A stretch of 60,289 bases of DNA, filler included. It is 4 parts of 4 records of this genome, joined end to end, with 100 filler letters (N's around TTAATTAATTAA, not from the genome) between each part and the next. Parts side by side here need not be neighbours in the genome. Positions count along the whole stretch, not along the records: positions 50,671 to 60,289 come from SRR31156797_9013; 3 more parts are not named here. The stretch is one strand, 5' to 3'. Made by a program: the position numbers and the translations under genes. Below the pieces are notes generated by a model that saw only the letters and a program-made list of their open reading frames with translations, searched no databases and was not told the DNA's origin. Shown in pieces: positions 59,302 to 60,289 of this stretch; position 1 is the stretch's first letter; each line of letters begins with the position of its first letter.

Positions 59302-60144
59302 ATGGAAAAAGACTCGGATAAAAAACTTCTAATGATGCTCAAGGGTCTTGTGGATGAGAAAGAAGAGGCGGAGAACCAGCGTTCCTATCTGGAAAGCATC
59401 CTGGGGCGTAACAGTATCTATTTTCTGGTCTTCCGCCCTGATGAAAGCATTGTCTATCATAATATTCCCGACCGTCCGGGCCTGTCGGTCCTTTCGGATA
59501 TCGAGTATATTCTTGAAAAGGATAACCTGGATAAGGTCAGAAGCTTTATGGCCCTGTCTTCCGAGGATTCTTTCGAAATCACCCTGAAAAGCAATGTCCT
59601 GGATTTTTCCCTGTTCACCCAGGAGAGCTTTCCCGGGCTCTATTTCCTTCAGATCACTCTGTTCAATCAGCAGAAAAACACGCCGCAGATGGATGAAGAG
59701 TCTGAACTGGCGAAAGCGGAGACGGGTCTTGAAGACATTCAGTCCGCTCTGACGCTGCTGGATGAGATCAGGAGCATCGACTCTTCCGAGAGAAGGGAGA
59801 CGCTGAACAGAGAGATTCAGGACCGTTACCTGAACGGCCTGAGCCGCTTGCAGAACACCATTCGCGATCCCATCGTATCCCTTTGTCTGGATATCATCAA
59901 AAAGAACCTGGAAGAGTTCGTTTCGCCCGCCGGCTCCCTTTCCAACCTCTACGGAGTGCTTACGCCCTCAGAGATACAGGTCGCCGAGTTTATCCGTATG
60001 GGTAAGACATCCAAGGATATAGCCGATGCCCTGGATATCGCTCAGAAAACAGTCGAAAACCACCGGAACAAGGTTCGCGACAAGCTGGGTCTCCGCAACA
60101 AAGGGGTCAACCTGCGCTCCTATCTGATGCAGTTGGACAGTTGA
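59302..60144 (+). CDS. LuxR/GerE-type HTH transcriptional regulator with N-terminal PAS-like/sensor region
   Basis: C-terminal LTPSEIQVAEFIRMGKTSKDIADALDIAQKTVENHRNKVRDKLGL. GGAG precedes ATG 59302. Confidence 0.85.
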   Translation: MEKDSDKKLLMMLKGLVDEKEEAENQRSYLESILGRNSIYFLVFRPDESIVYHNIPDRPGLSVLSDIEYILEKDNLDKVRSFMALSSEDSFEITLKSNVLDFSLFTQESFPGLYFLQITLFNQQKNTPQMDEESELAKAETGLEDIQSALTLLDEIRSIDSSERRETLNREIQDRYLNGLSRLQNTIRDPIVSLCLDIIKKNLEEFVSPAGSLSNLYGVLTPSEIQVAEFIRMGKTSKDIADALDIAQKTVENHRNKVRDKLGLRNKGVNLRSYLMQLDS

Positions 60145-60289
60145 TTCGATATCGGGAGTTATAAGCCCGGCCCTTCCTGCGTCAGTAATCCCAGTCTGAC
60201 CGGAACCATGGGGAATAAAACGCTCTCTCCAGATCCCTCCGGAGGGATTTGTCGATCTTCAGGTTCTCAGTCAGCCCTATCGTGGATGC

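Overview
This window is not one locus. It is four unrelated contigs joined by artificial 100-bp linkers (44 N + TTAATTAATTAA + 44 N) at 23860-23959, 36076-36175 and 50571-50670. Taxonomic labels below are inferred from gene content, promoter style and composition. Segment 1 (1-23859, Bacteroidota-like): partial ettA, a SatD + DUF3307 pair separated by three 18-bp palindromes at an exact 29-bp period, groEL/groES, secG, nadB, HIT, greA, a TonB-dependent receptor / T9SS-cargo / PorV-like triad, a LytS/LytTR two-component system and a Rieske-like lipoprotein. Segment 2 (23960-36075, Vibrio-like): hns, gsk, mnmA, hflD, purB with PurR boxes, and an 8-gene cfa/DUF1365 lipid-modification operon. Segment 3 (36176-50570, AT-rich Bacteroidota, Marinifilaceae-like): trpEGDC plus an in-frame trpF-trpB fusion, divergent from an aminotransferase-tyrA-DAHPS/CM-aroB-aroA-DUF523-aroC operon. 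The region between these operons holds a Trp-Trp leader/attenuator on the minus strand. On the plus strand it holds two tandem leader-peptide attenuators, each with nine consecutive Phe/Tyr/Trp codons. None of these leaders is in the ORF track. Most longer intergenic spacers in this segment carry 7-bp-periodic arrays. Segment 4 (50671-60289, GC-richer, Spirochaetota-like): GyrI / AraC-GyrI / MATE and a sugar ABC transporter + GH3 NagZ-like + LuxR-type cluster. The best candidates for undescribed biology are the tandem pan-aromatic attenuator, the SatD-DUF3307 module with its palindrome array, and the TBDR-T9SS-PorV triad. No CRISPR array, rRNA, tRNA or transposase was recognised. All family assignments are by eye, with no database searches.
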